From the NCBI GenBank assembly GCA_964188305.1, contig OZ076893.1: DNA of 64,000 nucleotides. The stretch is one strand, 5' to 3'. The DNA is from Podarcis bocagei (lineage: Eukaryota). Below are positions 49,501 through 61,360 of the stretch, in pieces. Made by a program: the position numbers and the translations under genes. The notes under the pieces were generated by a model. It saw only the letters and a list, made by a program, of their open reading frames with translations, was not told the DNA's origin and made no database searches. Positions within the stretch are counted from its first letter, which is position 1. Every line of letters starts with the position of its first letter.

Positions 49501-52500
49501 CTAAAAGTTTCCGGTGGTTAGTTAACATAATCATCAATTGATTTGCATGACTCAAGCACAAATCAGGTAATACAGAAGGATCTTTCAAGTTCTCTGCTCT
49601 CTTCTGATTAGCCAAAAATCCCTATAAGAAAACAGATTTAAAATTCATTGTTATAGCAAGATATGAAAACAAAAGCAGGACAAAAACACTGCCTTTTATA
49701 AGACATCTGAAGGCAGCCCTGTTTAGGGAAGCTTTTAATGTTTAATAGACTATTGTATTTTAATATTTTGTTGGAAGCCGCCCAGAGTGGCTGGGGAAAC
49801 CCAGCCAGATGGGTAGGATATAAATAATATATTATTATTATTATTATTATGCGTGGTCTTCACAGCACATCACTTAATTATAATACATCTGAATGCTCCC
49901 TGATAGCCCAGATCCATGCATATACCAAAACCAAGCTAAACAGTGTTAGTTATTTGAGCTGTCACATTTAAAACAAGATATTGTGCATTTTATAAAGAAA
50001 CACAATTCAACAGACAAAGTAGGACTCGAACAACGGCTTCAAGTTACAAAAAAGGAGATTCCGACTAAACTTTCTGCTGGTAAAAGCTGTTTGACAGTGG
50101 AACAGATCCCCTCGGAAAGTGGTGGACTCTCTTTCCTTGGAGGTTTTTCAGCAGAGGTTGGATGGCCATCAGTCATGGTTGCTTTTGTTGAGATTCCTGC
50201 ATTGCAGGGGTTTGAACTAGATGACCCTTGGGATCCCTTCCAACTCTACAATTGTCTATTTCTATGAGCTTGATGTTTCATTTGTAACCCATGCTGTGAC
50301 ACTGAAATGATGATGGGTGGTATAAAAATGGAAATTAATACATATTTATTTATTTATCTTGTCAAATGTTCTGCGCCAGCTTCATATACACAAACCAAGG
50401 ACAAGAACACTATTCAGATCATTTAGTACTCCATGCAAAATGGGCACATCTTCTGCAAACCATAACTTAATTACTGGCCTAGAGTAAAAAACCTCATTTG
50501 TTAAAACCTACTTATATAACTGCATGACATTAAAATAGAACATCGGTCAACAAGACTAACAAGCCATACTGTTTTGTCACGCAAACTGCTAATTTTAAAA
50601 CATATTTTTCCTACTGTTTCAAGGACCTTGCTCCATTTTAGTGAATTATTACTAAAAGAGTTTCAATTATGTTTTTACTTCTGCTACAGGGCAATCTTAT
50701 GCCTACTCAGAAATAAGCCCCACTGAGTTCAATGGTAGTCCCAGGTAAGCATGTACAGGACTGTGGACACAGCTATATAATGAAATTGCAAACTACAAAA
50801 ATTCTGCATCTTATTTACATGAAGTAGCTTTTTAAAAAATAATAATGATCCATGGTTAGCTTCAAAGGTAGCCAACAATAAAAATTTTAAACCACAAAGC
50901 AATAAAAGCAACAAGAATAAGACTGTCCATTAAAAACTAAGGAAAATATTATTGTCTTCTTTTAGTGCCAAAAGGTAGTGAAGTGGGCAGTAATGAAATG
51001 TTTAAGGAAAACATTGCACCATCAAGTGGGAGTCGCCACTGAAAAAATACATTGGACAGCTAGTAAACATGTGGAACTACATATGAAATCATTTTATATT
51101 TATGAGGTGAAGCTGAATATTTGTCTTCAAGAATTATGTCCCACATAGTGATTTCAATTAACACAAATAGTGGCTGTTGAAAGCTACACACAAGAGTGTG
51201 TCAGCTGTGGACACAGCTGTCAATGGCAGGATTGCTAGCACATAACCAGCTGATCGTTTGACTCCTTCAGAACTTCAGATGTCTCTACATAAATATGGGA
51301 AAAGGCATTGTATTCTACATATAAAAATGGCTGGATTTTGAATAAAATATAGCTCTTTATATTCATAATACAAAGATTTCAAAGAAAAGCAAACAATCAA
51401 CACTGTATTCTTTCTAGTGACAGGCTTCAACCTTTTTATTTGCCCAGGGATTTTAAATTGCTGTACTTTTAACTGGCTGAATACAGTGGTACCTCGCAAG
51501 ACGAATGCCTCGCAAGACGAAAGTTTTTCGTTTTTTGAGTTGCTTCGCAGGACGAAAACGTCTTGCAAGTTTGTTTCCTTTTTCTTAAAACCGTTAATAC
51601 CCAGGGAAACCGTGCTTCGCAAGACGAAAAATTCGCAAGACGAAAAAACTCGCAGAACGAATTAATTTCGTCTTGTGAGGCACCACTGTAGTTTATTCCT
51701 CTCAATTTTCCTATATTTTTGTTTCACAACTTTTAAGTTTATTTCAATATTGCATTTAATTTTTATGTATGCCACCTGAAAGGCATTTTCAGATAAAAGA
51801 TGTGATATATGCATTATTGAAATAAACACAACCAAATGAAAGTAACAAAATGAAAGTAAGTAGCACAAACATCTCTTCAGCTTTACATTTGATTTAGGAG
51901 TTGAGCGGAAGTAGCCTTATTATGCATTGCCACCTACTGACCATATTGATGAAAATCTAATGGATGAATTTATTTATAAAATCAAGAACTTATTTTTATT
52001 TTCACTCTATGTCATGCACAACACACACAGCTATGTGGAAAATTAAAATAATATTGCCAGCATTTATTAATGGATCCCAGTTCCACAAACAGGATCCAAT
52101 CCAGTTCACAGCCAATCGTTCTCCCTGCTTTGAGGCAGCAGCTTCAACACACCCTCCTCTCACAATAAACCTATGTGGCTCAGGGTCACTGTGACAGAGA
52201 AATGTTTATCAAAGAGTAAAATCAGGTAGCTTAAAGCAAGCAATTAATTACAGTTGCTACAGGAGCAACAAAGGTGGGGGTTATGGGAGTGAGAAACTCG
52301 AATCCCAATTGTGCTATAATATTGTAACCTGCCCTGGGAACTTAGGGTGAAGGACACGAAATAAACAAAATAAATAATGGCAACAGTGCTGGAGCCTGCT
52401 TCACTTCCAAGAAAGAGAAATGCAGAGAACTGGCGCCACAGCATGCTTTACAGCAGGGGCACATGGCACCATCAACAGATCTTTATCCACAAATCTCAGT

Positions 52501-55500
52501 GACTAGGATACAGGAGGAAGAGGTGACTTCTCATATACCCTTGTCCAGAACTGTAAAGGCTTTTTACACCAGTAATAAGAACTTGAACGTAGCTCAGCAG
52601 CAAATTGGCAGCCAGAGCAATACTTTCAACAGAAGCTTTATACGTTGCCTCGAAAAGCTACCATGCAACAGCCTTTTTATACTAGCAGCAACTCTAGATG
52701 AAATTGAAGGACAGACCCATTTAAAGTGGACTATCGATCTAATAGTACCATTGTGTGTACCACTGTCACCAAACTACCCTTGTCCAGAAATGGCTGCAGC
52801 TGGTGTTATCAGCTGAAACTGGTAAAAGGCATTTCTAGATGCTTGTGCTTCCACTGGCAATGCTGGATCAAGGATCAACCCCCCACGTTATGCACCTGTT
52901 CATTCAGAGGGAGTGCAACCCCATCCAGAAGAGGCAACGGACCAGTTTTCATATCCAGTATCCACTCACACACAGGGCCTCTATCTTTGCTGGTGTTTCA
53001 TTTCAGTTTGCTGTTCCTCAATCCATGAACTGTTTCAGGACTTCCACAGCACCTCTTGATTCAGATGTTACCGAGAAATAGAGCTGTGCTTCAATACTTC
53101 CTAATGACATTTGATCCCACTGGCCCCTTATACCATGGAACTCCCAGGGGACTGAAAGGCATCACCCAATGCTACCTTCTGCAAAGAAGCACTCCCTACT
53201 CCTAAACCCACAGTGGTGATCTGGTGGTATCAAAGGCCATCAAGAGATCTAACAAAATCAAGAGTGTAACCCATCCCCACCCCGGTTTCTCTCTCATGTG
53301 ACTAGAGCTGGTTTGGTCCCCAAGCAGGCCTGAATAAAACCTGGAACTGGCCTACAAAATCTGTCTCATTCATGAGTGCCTGGAGTTACTCTGCCTCCAC
53401 CCGAGATGTTGAGACCCATTTTGCTGCTTAAGATGAAACAAGAAGTACCTTTACCTGCCTAGCTTCTCTCACTGCCGCTTCTCTGCCAGCCCTGACCCTG
53501 ACACATATTTTGGGGGAGATCTCACTGAATCACGTGAGATCTTGCACACTCACAAGATCTCATGTTATTTTAGCCAGTACAATGGTACCTCCAGTTGCGG
53601 ACAGGATCCGTTCCAGAGCTCTGGTCGGATCCCAAGGTTTCAACAACTGGAGGGACCACTTCTGTGCATGCACGTGTGGCGAAACCCAGAAAAATACTTC
53701 TGGGTTTGCCACATTCGCATCCTGAAGGATATGCAACCTGAGATGTGTGTATCCAGAGGTACCACTGCATCAGCACAGATGTGGCAGGGCAGCTATGGGG
53801 CTCTGCCTTGGGGGCTTCTGTCACCTGAGGCAGCCACCTCAGTTTGCCTAAAGGCACAGCCAGCTCTGCTCCCCTCTTCATCACCTTTCAAAAGACAGCT
53901 GTGTCTTCCATCAGAAGGCTAGCTTCCAAATGCATGTTCTGATAAAATACAGCACATTTCCTAGCCTCGGTTGCACTAATCTAGGGCTTAATACTAAATT
54001 ATAAAATTGTGATACTTTAAAAATAGTGACATTATTGGGGGGGGGGGGAAATACAGTAGCCTTGGGAAACAATATCATCCACCTGCCACTCACATAAAAA
54101 CTGAGTCATTACCTGAGCAAGTTCTTTTTGTTCATTTACCAGTCTGCTACAACTAGCTATCATCTGGTCCAATGCATAAAGCCTGTCCTCAAGTCCCTTA
54201 ATGGCTTTCATGTTCTGATTATCTAATTTGGCAATTGTTTGTCGACAGTCTGCCAAAAAGGGCTGAATAATCCTTGGATCGAGCTGAAAAACAAAAAGGC
54301 AGTTGACATGAATAACCACTTTTTGTGCAAAAAATACTATCAATGGATCATGGAAAGATAATTTCACATATGTAACTTTAGAAACCAAAAGCTTGAAAGA
54401 TTTTAAACTGCAGATGAAAATGTCATCTCTAATATTAGTTCTTTAAACCTTCTGATTAACAACACAATCCAAATGCATGTTTACTTGGAAGCAAGTCTCA
54501 CTATGCTCAGTGGAGCTTACTCCCAAGAAAGTGTGCACAGGATTGCAGCTTGTTTCATTTGAACAAAAAAAGTCTCCAAAATATGCTTCTTTTGGTCTTT
54601 TTTCTTAAATCAGGCCTCTAAAGCTTTCAAGCCCATGTACCATGTATCCATCAGGTATGTGCATTGTTCAGACGAATCTGAACTAAATTGGGCAGATTAT
54701 GAGAGATTTGGGACTTGTCCAAGGTAAAGTGGGCTCCCTCTGAAACAATTCCATTTCAATCTGGTTTCAGGAAGAAGACTACTCTGGTCACCTTGGTGGA
54801 CGATCTTTGCTGGGAACTAAATAGAGAGAGTACCATCCCTGTTGGTTCTCGCAGACCTCTTAGAAGTTTCAGATACCATCACTTACAAAGTGCTTATGGA
54901 CTGCTAGATGGAGTGGGACCATTTTGCAGTGGCTCCAGTCCTTCCTAGATGGAAGATTTCAGAAGGTAGTCCTGGGGACACTTGCTTAATGCCTAAGGTA
55001 TCCCACAAGTTTCTATTCTGACCCCATGCTACTTTTTTAAAAAAGAAATGCTAACAATGGGAGAGCCTCTTTTCCCATAAAAGAGTCTTAAAATATATTT
55101 CAGAGTTAACATCATGGGCATATTGTGATAATTTAGTCAATTCTGAAGTGGACCCAAGGCTCATTTCCATTTTCTAACAATGACAATAGCAGCAAGTGGC
55201 CACCCCTAGCCTCCCAGAAGATGACTGGCTGCTGATACAAGGAAAAGAATATTTGTTCATTACAATTCCCACAGGGAGTGACCATGTTAGAGTGAAAACA
55301 ATATCATTCATGAACAGTGGGAACCTCGCTCAAACCACAACCACAAACCACAGCAAGATCATCAAGCAATGTAGGAGTAAGAAAGAGGATTGTACAACTA
55401 TTATTAAAATCTGATTCATAACTCCTGGTAAGAACATCTCACTGTATTCCTATGAAGAATGCTTAAACTTGTAGCAAGCTGGAAAGCCAGAATGCAAAAA

Positions 55501-58500
55501 TATTAGAAGAGAACCCAATGGCATTATTTGAGGCATTAACTTACTCTGCTCATGGAATCAAAACATTTTCTGACCAAGGATTCAACATCATTAGGTCTAT
55601 CTTGAACATTTATCCAGTCTAAAAGTGAGACATTGAAAGAAGGCAGATCAGTCTCCTTAAGTTCCACTGAAGCATCACTGTCCTGAACAGAAGGATTTTG
55701 ACTGGCTTGGCTGTTTTCATCCACTTTTTCGGAGGGTGTGCCATCTGGGATTGCATGCTCTACCGATTTGCAAAATGATGCTAACAGCGATTGTTTGTTC
55801 ATTTTAAGCATGTCAGGAGAAAGTGCCACTTCAGCTGACTTCTCATTCTCAGTGTCTTCACTTTCTGTCCCACCACGTTCAGCAGAAGAATCTAGTCGTT
55901 CTAAACATTCCCGGTAACTGTGTCTGGTTAAGCTTTCCAAGAGTGGGATCTTGGCCATTATCGAAACAGCAGCCCCTAAGCTTGAGAAAAGAACACACAC
56001 ACAAATCTATTAAGTACAAAGAAACTGAGGTACAGTGGCAAACATAATTTAAAAATATGCTCTCAAAGGTGTCTTCAATACAATTTAATACTCAACTCTT
56101 CAACTTTTTCCAATTAAGAAATGCTTCCTTATAAAATTAAATATTCAAACCTATTCTGAATTGGACTATGACTTGAGCCTTATTCGGATGTTCATTAATT
56201 GTATCCATGGAGGGGTTGCAGTGACCCTGCTCTCTCCACTCAACCATCCAACATTATGAAGGAAAGTCTGACGGGAAACTGTAACTGCCTCCAGCTGAAT
56301 GTGGGTACAGTCTCCCATGTGACTGAGAACCCTCTGTAACTGGGGTTTGCTGAATGTGATTACAAGCCCCTTTCAGAAAGGGCAGCAGGGAAGGGGCAGG
56401 GCTGGCACATACAACCCTGTGGGTACTCCATGGATTCAATTCCTAAATTCTTGAATAGGATTATTTTTTACTAGAGCTAAAACTTTTACGTATGCATGTG
56501 CAACACTATTTAGCAAACGGTTTCAGATGAGCCAGTGTAGTGTGATGGTTCAAGTGTTGGACTACTCCTTAACTGTGAAGCTCCCTGGGTGTCCTTGAGC
56601 CAGTCACGGTCTTGCATTGGAGTGTTGAAGAAAAAAAGGTTAGGAAAACTTACATTTTTTTTTACAGTGCAATCCCAGTACATATCTACTCAAAAGTAAG
56701 AATTCAGTGAGATTTAAGTTTGGGTTTATAGCCTTAACTCCAAAATTAAACCTCTATAAATAATACCATTAGCACTATTTATTATTTCAATTAGTGCAAA
56801 GAGACTGGAACTGGATTAAATTTAATTTACTGTAAATGTAAAAAAAACTCCATAAAACCTTAGTTTTCAGTAAAGCGACTATGCAGAGGTAGCTTCTTAC
56901 TGAGGAGTCTAATGGCAAACCTACTGTGTAAGTTTCAGCTTAATATCATCTATGGACTGCAGGTAACTTGAATATGCATTTTCAAACTTGAAAAGCAGCT
57001 TTTGGTAAGAATATGTGCAATCTTCCAAATTTGCCATTATGGCAGCCCAGCCTTGGTGCTGAAGATGTTCGTCATGGACTAGGCCTTCACAGAAGGAACA
57101 AAGTTTCTTGGCAATCTCATACATTTCCTGTACAAAAACAACATAAACGTTAACGTGTTAGTGCTCCAGACATACATATCAACTTGTTGCAAAACATGAT
57201 GCAAAAAACTCTGACATTTTCAAGTTAAGATATATGAAACACTAAAAGCATTTATTAGATATTCCTTAGGAGGGAAATGATTCATTGGTGCAAAGACAAG
57301 ATGTGCAGTAGAAGGCCCTGCAAAAGGAATCTGAGTGAGGGTAGTTGTCCTGGAAGGCTCAGAACAACACAGGCTCAAATGCCTCACCCCCTGCAGATCC
57401 GTCGTCTGCCTTTTTTAACTAACAAGGTGATATGTTGTGCAATTTCCAAAGCCAGCCAACACATAGGCACTGCATGTTTTGTTAATATGCAAGAAAGCAT
57501 CTAGCAAGAGCAAGAGAAAAATCTCCTCCAGCCTATGCTCCATCTTTTTTAGATATTCCCAAGTCCTGGCTAGGTGCCAATAAGCACTTCCTACCTACTT
57601 CCAGACTGTGTAAAACGCCAAGATCCTCTCTGATTGGCCCTCATCAGTACATCAATAACACCCAGTACTACTTTTCCATAGCATGTGAATCAGGTGTGGT
57701 GCTGCTGAAGTGAGCTGGGTGAGGGTCAATAAACTAAGTTTGACTCCTGCTATGATGTTAGTTCTGGGTAAGCACCTGTCCCTTGGAATGCACTTCCAGC
57801 GAACATCAGATAAGCACCTATTACATTGGTATTTAGGCACCTGTCAAAATCTATTCACTTCTGTCCGAGGGGTGATCCACCGATGTTGATGTATTCATCA
57901 GTTGATGTATTAGTCAGATATACTGACCTGTAATTTATTTTGTATTTGTTTTCCGAATGAAATTTCATTCACTTCATGTTGTTGATTGCTAAATTTATTT
58001 CCTAATGTTGGTGGCAAAATTTTTTTGGAAATAAAACCAACTAACTTCATTAAATATGATAAATTATCCTCTTTTCAAAGAGCTCAGGGTCACTGAATGA
58101 AGATGACCAGCAGCAGGCTCAGGACTAACTAGCAAGAAGAAGTACATTTTCCTATAGTAAATGAAGTTTATGAAATTCATTGTCACAGAATATCATGAAT
58201 GCTAGGGTTAAATAAATGTTGGCAGGACAAATTGCTTTGTTCAGAGGTAGCATAACTTTGATTACTAGCTGTTAGGGAGAAACATGATATGGCTATGAAG
58301 GAGCATAGGAAACTCCACCAGACTATTTGTCCATCTAACCCAGTAGTTACTTTGACTTGGAGAGGCTACCCAGGATTTCAGAAAGTGTTTTCCCAACCTC
58401 CTGCTAGGTGATCTTTTAACTGAAGATGCCACACATTTAACCTGGAATCTTCTGCAGAAACTGAGCTATCAAATCACCCTTGTCCATCACATGCTACTTG

Positions 58501-60309
58501 TTCAGCTTCTTTGAAACATCTGACTGACCACTTTTTGATGCACTTTTGGAATGTACTGGATCCCACAGTATCAAAAGATTTATCCACCCAATCAAGGCAA
58601 AATGAAATCTGTTCTTAACAAACCATCTAAAATACCTAATTGTAATCATATTTATTCCATAAGATTTATATGCCAACTTTTAAAAAAGCCTCAAAGCATT
58701 TTACAGAAAGTTATGAAAACCCATGTAATTTTCATGCAACACACATATCTATTTGCACGTCCATAAATAGCATAAAGTGCATTTGCATCAGAAATACCAC
58801 TTATATTGCAAACATGTTGGTGGTCTTCCGTTCAAAGAAAATGTAATTTTGAAAAATACTCAAGAGAAAATGGTACTACTAAAGGTAGGTGCAAATGCAT
58901 TGTTTTCTGGGCATTTACCAAGATTCTAAAAAGCTTTAAAACAGTCTATAGGATCACACATTTCTGTTTCATGCCACAATCCCTTCCTTATTCCATACCA
59001 GTTCACCCTGCCATACCATACCAGCCTTCTTTATCATTACTTCTAACCTCCTACAAACGGAGGACATTTCAAAACTTGTTTACAGACTCCTGGATTAATC
59101 CAGTATGTCAAAATCCAAAAGATACTATTCCACCCCCACAAAATGAAACAGAAGAGTACCAAAAGTAAAACTTTGTACCATGAAAGCAGCAACATGTCCA
59201 GCTTGCTTCAATTTGAGAGAGTTTACTGAGTGCTCAATGCTTTAACACAGCCCAATTGTTAAAGGGTCTGAAATTGCTTACCACAGCAAGCTGTGTCCGT
59301 GAAGCTACCGTGTGAAAAACTGCAGGCATCATAAGAGATTCTTCCACTTTTAATTCCATCTCATTTTCTGCTGAAAATGTTGTTTTTGGAATAGCTGGAG
59401 GACGTTCACACAAGATCATTTCTTTATTGAAGAGAAAAATTGGGTTTGTATCCTGTGTTAAGATAAGAAGTATTACTTTCTTCTCCTTCCAGACTTTTTT
59501 TTAAATGAAATAATGGAAAGAGAAGTGAATATTTACCGTTCCAGCACTATAACTACAGACTTTCCTGTCAGCTGCCATACACTCTCCTCCATTGACAACC
59601 AATACTTGATGTTGAATAGCGATCTTGTATTTAGTTTGGATAGCTTGTTTAAGGTCTGCCACACTGATTAAAATGACAAAAAAAAGTTTCAGTATCTTCC
59701 ACAGATCCTTAAGAATTATACATTTACAGAGTACTCTAAATGTTAAAGACTTAATATAGATAATGCCAAAGTTCCATTATTAAACTGTTACTTCCTACAC
59801 TAGGACAATGATAGAGGTTAGGAGTAACTGCCCTTTGTCAATCCATCACTAATGGCATTTTATATGAGAAACCATCCCAACTGTTTAAGGACAGAACAGG
59901 CAACTTAAGTTAGCCCTGCTGCAGTGACCATGCCATATATCCAGCACAAGCTCTCTTAATTTAGAGTGACTGGCAAAGGAGGAAGGATCTCAAACAAGGA
60001 CGAAGGGGGTGAGGTCCAGCAAGGTTCATGTAAAGGCACAAAAACCACATTAATAAGAGAGTATTTATTAAATTCTCTAAATGTCTCAGAAAAGCTGGAA
60101 CACTAAAGGTTCATTCTAATAGCAGTTTTGCTTTAACTCTCACTCCCAAGCAAAACACATACTGTGAATCAAGAAATGACTTTGCTACGAACAGTCCAGC
60201 AACAGACTCCTCACAGAAGACCAGAAGGATTTACTTACTTCTGTACGGCAAGTTCTGTGTCAAAGGTAAGGGTGGTTCCAGTGTTGACCAGAAATACATA
60301 TAACTTCAT
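22434..60309 (-). CDS. RB1CC1: RB1-inducible coiled-coil protein 1 (FIP200), complete spliced CDS, 22 coding exons, 4785 nt / 1594 aa
   Basis: Hand-assembled exons translate to MKLYVFLVNTGTTLTFDTELAVQ...FDFETIAHP...long coiled coil...DFQVGDLVLIILDERHDNYVLF...YRVKAVPWNKKV*, matching vertebrate FIP200 as recalled. All introns are GT-AG, phases are consistent, and there are no internal stops. Start context GTCACCATGA. Confidence 0.98.
22970..23121. mobile_element. Short degraded Tc2-like MITE with termini related to the 14481 element
   Basis: TA|CTTTATTTTTCTGTGCATAAGAC ... GGGGGCGTCTTAT ... GAAAAATATGG|TA. Confidence 0.65.
23155..23382. mobile_element. Penelope-like retroelement fragment (inverted pseudo-LTR pair) in the last RB1CC1 intron
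   Basis: 12-bp TSD AACTGAGTTTAA (23143-23154, 23383-23394). Perfect inverted arms 23191-23285 / 23288-23382 and a 36-bp one-sided extension. CTGAAGAAG...CGAAAGCTCATA...GTCTTTAAGGTGCTAC resembles reptile Penelope pLTRs. Confidence 0.82.
23248..23287 (-). ncRNA. Minimal type-I hammerhead ribozyme motif (Penelope-associated)
   Basis: Minus strand: GGUAU-CUGAAGA-A-GUGUGC(AU)GCACAC-GAAA-GC-UC-AUACC. Stem I 5 bp, stem II 6 bp, core CUGANGA/GAAA/UH, palindromic AGCU stem III. Confidence 0.7.
23499..23569 (-). CDS. RB1CC1: RB1CC1 coding exon 21
   Basis: (A)SGASRRPWVLGKVMEKEYCQAKK; 71 nt. Confidence 0.96.
23846..24080. mobile_element. Tigger/pogo-like MITE, family B, CpG-rich
   Basis: TA|CAGTGGTACCTCTGGATA ... 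AACCCAAGGTATGACTG|TA; related to 53580-53767. Confidence 0.82.
25066..25202 (-). CDS. RB1CC1: RB1CC1 coding exon 20 (Claw domain; alternative donors give ends at 25075 or 25066)
   Basis: (D)FQVGDLVLIILDERHDNYVLFTVSPTLYFLHSESLAALDLKP[GEC]; CCAG|gtgagtgtg|gtaagt. Confidence 0.95.
26576..26634 (-). CDS. RB1CC1: RB1CC1 coding exon 19 (entry into the Atg11-like Claw domain)
   Basis: MSQSMSSVSLRHSEKIAIR; 59 nt. Confidence 0.95.
30148..30195 (-). CDS. RB1CC1: RB1CC1 coding exon 18
   Basis: TLQLKEEENKRLNQRL; 48 nt. Confidence 0.94.
30611..30934. mobile_element. Tigger/pogo-like MITE, family C, copy 1
   Basis: TA|CAGTGGTGCCTCGCAAGACGAA ... TTCGTCTTGCGGGGCACCACTG|TA; multiple internal CGCAAGAC motifs. 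Confidence 0.9.
31606..31959 (+). mobile_element. Full-length Sauria SINE, antisense to RB1CC1 in an intron
   Basis: GGGACGCGGGTGGCGCTGTGG (A box) ... GGTTCGAATCCC (B box) ... GGGGTCCCTATACCTATACC. Imperfect 13-bp TSD TAATA(C/G)TTAAAAA. CpGs retained, suggesting a young copy. Confidence 0.92.
32951..33005 (-). CDS. RB1CC1: RB1CC1 coding exon 17
   Basis: (N)ENVQILSEEKQRIMMLEK; 55 nt. Confidence 0.94.
34293..34533 (-). CDS. RB1CC1: RB1CC1 coding exon 16
   Basis: (D)LIESLSEDRACLLEEKKKLEEEV...LETSMMAV; 241 nt; donor AA|gttagt. Confidence 0.93.
34630..34738 (-). CDS. RB1CC1: RB1CC1 coding exon 15
   Basis: TTFNTVLTREKMKKENIINDLSDKLKAIIQQQERDK; 109 nt. Confidence 0.95.
35139..35167 (+). repeat. 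(GATT)n microsatellite
   Basis: About 7 tandem GATT units. Confidence 0.85.
35568..35721 (-). CDS. RB1CC1: RB1CC1 coding exon 14
   Basis: (S)SVESSASSLVAELQEKLQEEK...RTSLTAEQQ; 154 nt. Confidence 0.94.
41997..43903 (-). CDS. RB1CC1: RB1CC1 coding exon 13 (large exon: disordered region, LIR motif, coiled coil)
   Basis: 1907 nt; ASNSQASPQSVTTPRMES...QQLEMQVNQ; largely coincides with the 625-aa ORF 41981..43858. Confidence 0.97.
43709..43720 (-). other. RB1CC1: Codons for the FIP200 LIR (ATG8-binding) core FETI, in DAHTFDFETIAHP
   Basis: TTT GAA ACG ATT; the known FIP200 LIR core [FWY]xx[ILV] with preceding acidic residues. Confidence 0.8.
45960..46086 (-). CDS. RB1CC1: RB1CC1 coding exon 12
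   Basis: (R)VPILCDFEPLHQHVLALHNLVKAAQSLDEMSQTITDLLNEQK; 127 nt. Confidence 0.95.
46220..46326 (+). mobile_element. Truncated tRNA-Lys/CR1-tail composite SINE
   Basis: tRNA 3' remnant cccacgttgggca followed by ggactagatgaccct...cccttccaa...ttctatgattctatgatt; same family as 61861. Confidence 0.7.
46854..46957 (-). CDS. RB1CC1: RB1CC1 coding exon 11
   Basis: TRKPRRFDGELPDISLSDLQFLQSFCPSEVQPLL; 104 nt. Confidence 0.95.
47601..47662 (-). CDS. RB1CC1: RB1CC1 coding exon 10
   Basis: (R)KSFLRNRLFRGLDAWPPSFC; 62 nt; donor gtgagt. Confidence 0.95.
48000..48135. mobile_element. Degraded palindromic hAT-type MITE
   Basis: ggccctccaggtgttgctgaactacaa ... tgtagttcagccacagatggaggccc; related to 63351-63486. 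Confidence 0.55.
48390..48471 (-). CDS. RB1CC1: RB1CC1 coding exon 9
   Basis: WAAALIKDGKHLYDAEKAKRESFGKLF; 82 nt. Confidence 0.95.
48574..48760 (-). CDS. RB1CC1: RB1CC1 coding exon 8
   Basis: (K)WCCFVMLHADQDGEKLQALLRL...KHYRE; 187 nt. Confidence 0.96.
49437..49621 (-). CDS. RB1CC1: RB1CC1 coding exon 7
   Basis: GFLANQKRAENLKDPSVLPDLCLSHANQL...LQVRL; 185 nt. Confidence 0.96.
49701..49850 (+). mobile_element. 3' end of a 5'-truncated LINE (L2-like) with an (ATT)n tail
   Basis: ggaagccgcccagagtggctggggaaacccagccagatggg...ataaataa(tat)n. Confidence 0.65.
50020..50267 (+). mobile_element. CR1 LINE 3' fragment
   Basis: gtaggactcgaacaacggcttcaagttacaa...ccttggaggttttt...gaactagatgacccttgggatcccttccaactctac...ttctatga. 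Confidence 0.75.
51484..51688. mobile_element. Tigger/pogo-like MITE, family C, copy 2 (inverted relative to 30611)
   Basis: TA|CAGTGGTACCTCGCAAGACGAA ... TTCGTCTTGTGAGGCACCACTG|TA. Confidence 0.9.
53580..53767. mobile_element. Tigger/pogo-like MITE, family B-related, older copy
   Basis: TA|CAATGGTACCTCC...GGATCCGTTCC ... TATCCAGAGGTACCACTG. Confidence 0.72.
54113..54283 (-). CDS. RB1CC1: RB1CC1 coding exon 6
   Basis: LDPRIIQPFLADCRQTIAKLDNQNMKAIKGLEDRL...QKELAQ; 171 nt. Confidence 0.96.
54745..55030 (+). mobile_element. Degraded L2 LINE reverse-transcriptase fragment
   Basis: Translation PFQSGFR...TTLVTLVDDLCWELNR resembles L2 RT (PFQSGFRP..TETALV.L.DDL); frameshifted. Confidence 0.7.
55545..55980 (-). 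CDS. RB1CC1: RB1CC1 coding exon 5
   Basis: (H)LGAAVSIMAKIPLL...LDWINVQDRPNDVESLVRKCFDSMSR; 436 nt. Confidence 0.96.
56925..57127 (-). CDS. RB1CC1: RB1CC1 coding exon 4
   Basis: EMYEIAKKLCSFCEGLVHDEHLQHQGW...KLKLT; 203 nt. Confidence 0.96.
59282..59452 (-). CDS. RB1CC1: RB1CC1 coding exon 3
   Basis: DTNPIFLFNKEMILCERPPAIPK...RTQLAV; 171 nt; overlaps ORF 59234..59419. Confidence 0.96.
59537..59663 (-). CDS. RB1CC1: RB1CC1 coding exon 2
   Basis: (N)VADLKQAIQTKYKIAIQHQVLVVNGGECMAADRKVCSYSAGT; 127 nt; AG/GT boundaries. Confidence 0.96.
60239..60309 (-). CDS. RB1CC1: RB1CC1 coding exon 1 (exon begins at 60368; 59 nt of 5'UTR precede the ATG)
   Basis: MKLYVFLVNTGTTLTFDTELAVQ; acceptor ttcttttcAG at 60370-60369; donor AA|gtaagt; 71 coding nt. 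Confidence 0.96.
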
Positions 60310-61360
60310 GGTGACTTCTTTAGGATCCGGAAGTTTATAGCTTCAACTCTGTTATTATTATTTAAAAGCTGAAAAGAAACCCAAGTATCAGCTTAATAAT
60401 AACACATAAAAATTATTTTCAAATTAAAGGTTTTCAGTGTCAACACTTGAGGCACATTCATAGTAGGAAATCCTAACATATAGCTATGAACTGATGCTGC
60501 AGCAGTTCAAGGACGTAAGAGAATCATTCCATGACAGCATATGTATGTGTGGTAGCCTTTAGCAGGGGTTGATTTGTTGTGATTTGTTGATTTGGGGGAG
60601 GTCAGAAGCAACTGTGTCAGTGACCACCCCATGGCTATTAGTAACCAAGGTATGGTAACATGATACAGGGTATCACTGTATTACTAGTCTATTCTGCCTC
60701 TTTCAACCATCTCTTGCCTGCGTGCCCCCCCCCCCAAGATCCTAAACACAAGAACTAACTCAGATCCCAATAATTGTACGTCCTCCTGGGACATGCAGGT
60801 GACATTATTTCAGAGTAGACCCACTGAAATTAACATTCCCAAGCTGGTCTCATCCACCCATTTCAATGAGTCTTCTCTAGAGGAGGACTAACACTGGATA
60901 CAACCCCATGTGTGTGGTACCCTAGGAGACTGACACTCCGTAACATCCTGAGAATTCCAAATTTTTCACACATACTTTTTCATGAATTTTTGCAAAGGAA
61001 CTAGGAAACAGGCTGCTTTACTAGCCTACTGTATAATGGTAATCTGTACATTTATTGCTTCACTCACTTTTGCCTCTAGCCCCAACCATCACTGGCAACA
61101 AAGGTTCTGCACCCAGATAGGCTATATTTTTAAGACTTTAGAGGAATTGTTTACATAACTGCTAGAATTACTTCAGTGCCTGGATGTTCAGGAGGAATCA
61201 TTATAATATATTAATTAAAAGAGCAAAACCCGGCGACTTTAATTTGTTTACGATGACACCAATCACTTAGCAACAAATTCTCCAAAAAAAAAAAACTGTA
61301 GCAAATAATTTGTTATGAGTTTAAACTTGAAATATTTGCTCTCCGGGATGAAACAGTTAC

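Noticed and set aside
30611-51688. Oppositely oriented family-C MITEs as drivers of back-splicing (circRNA)
   Set aside because: They are ~20 kb apart, share only short ends, and each can fold on itself; the sequence alone gives no support.
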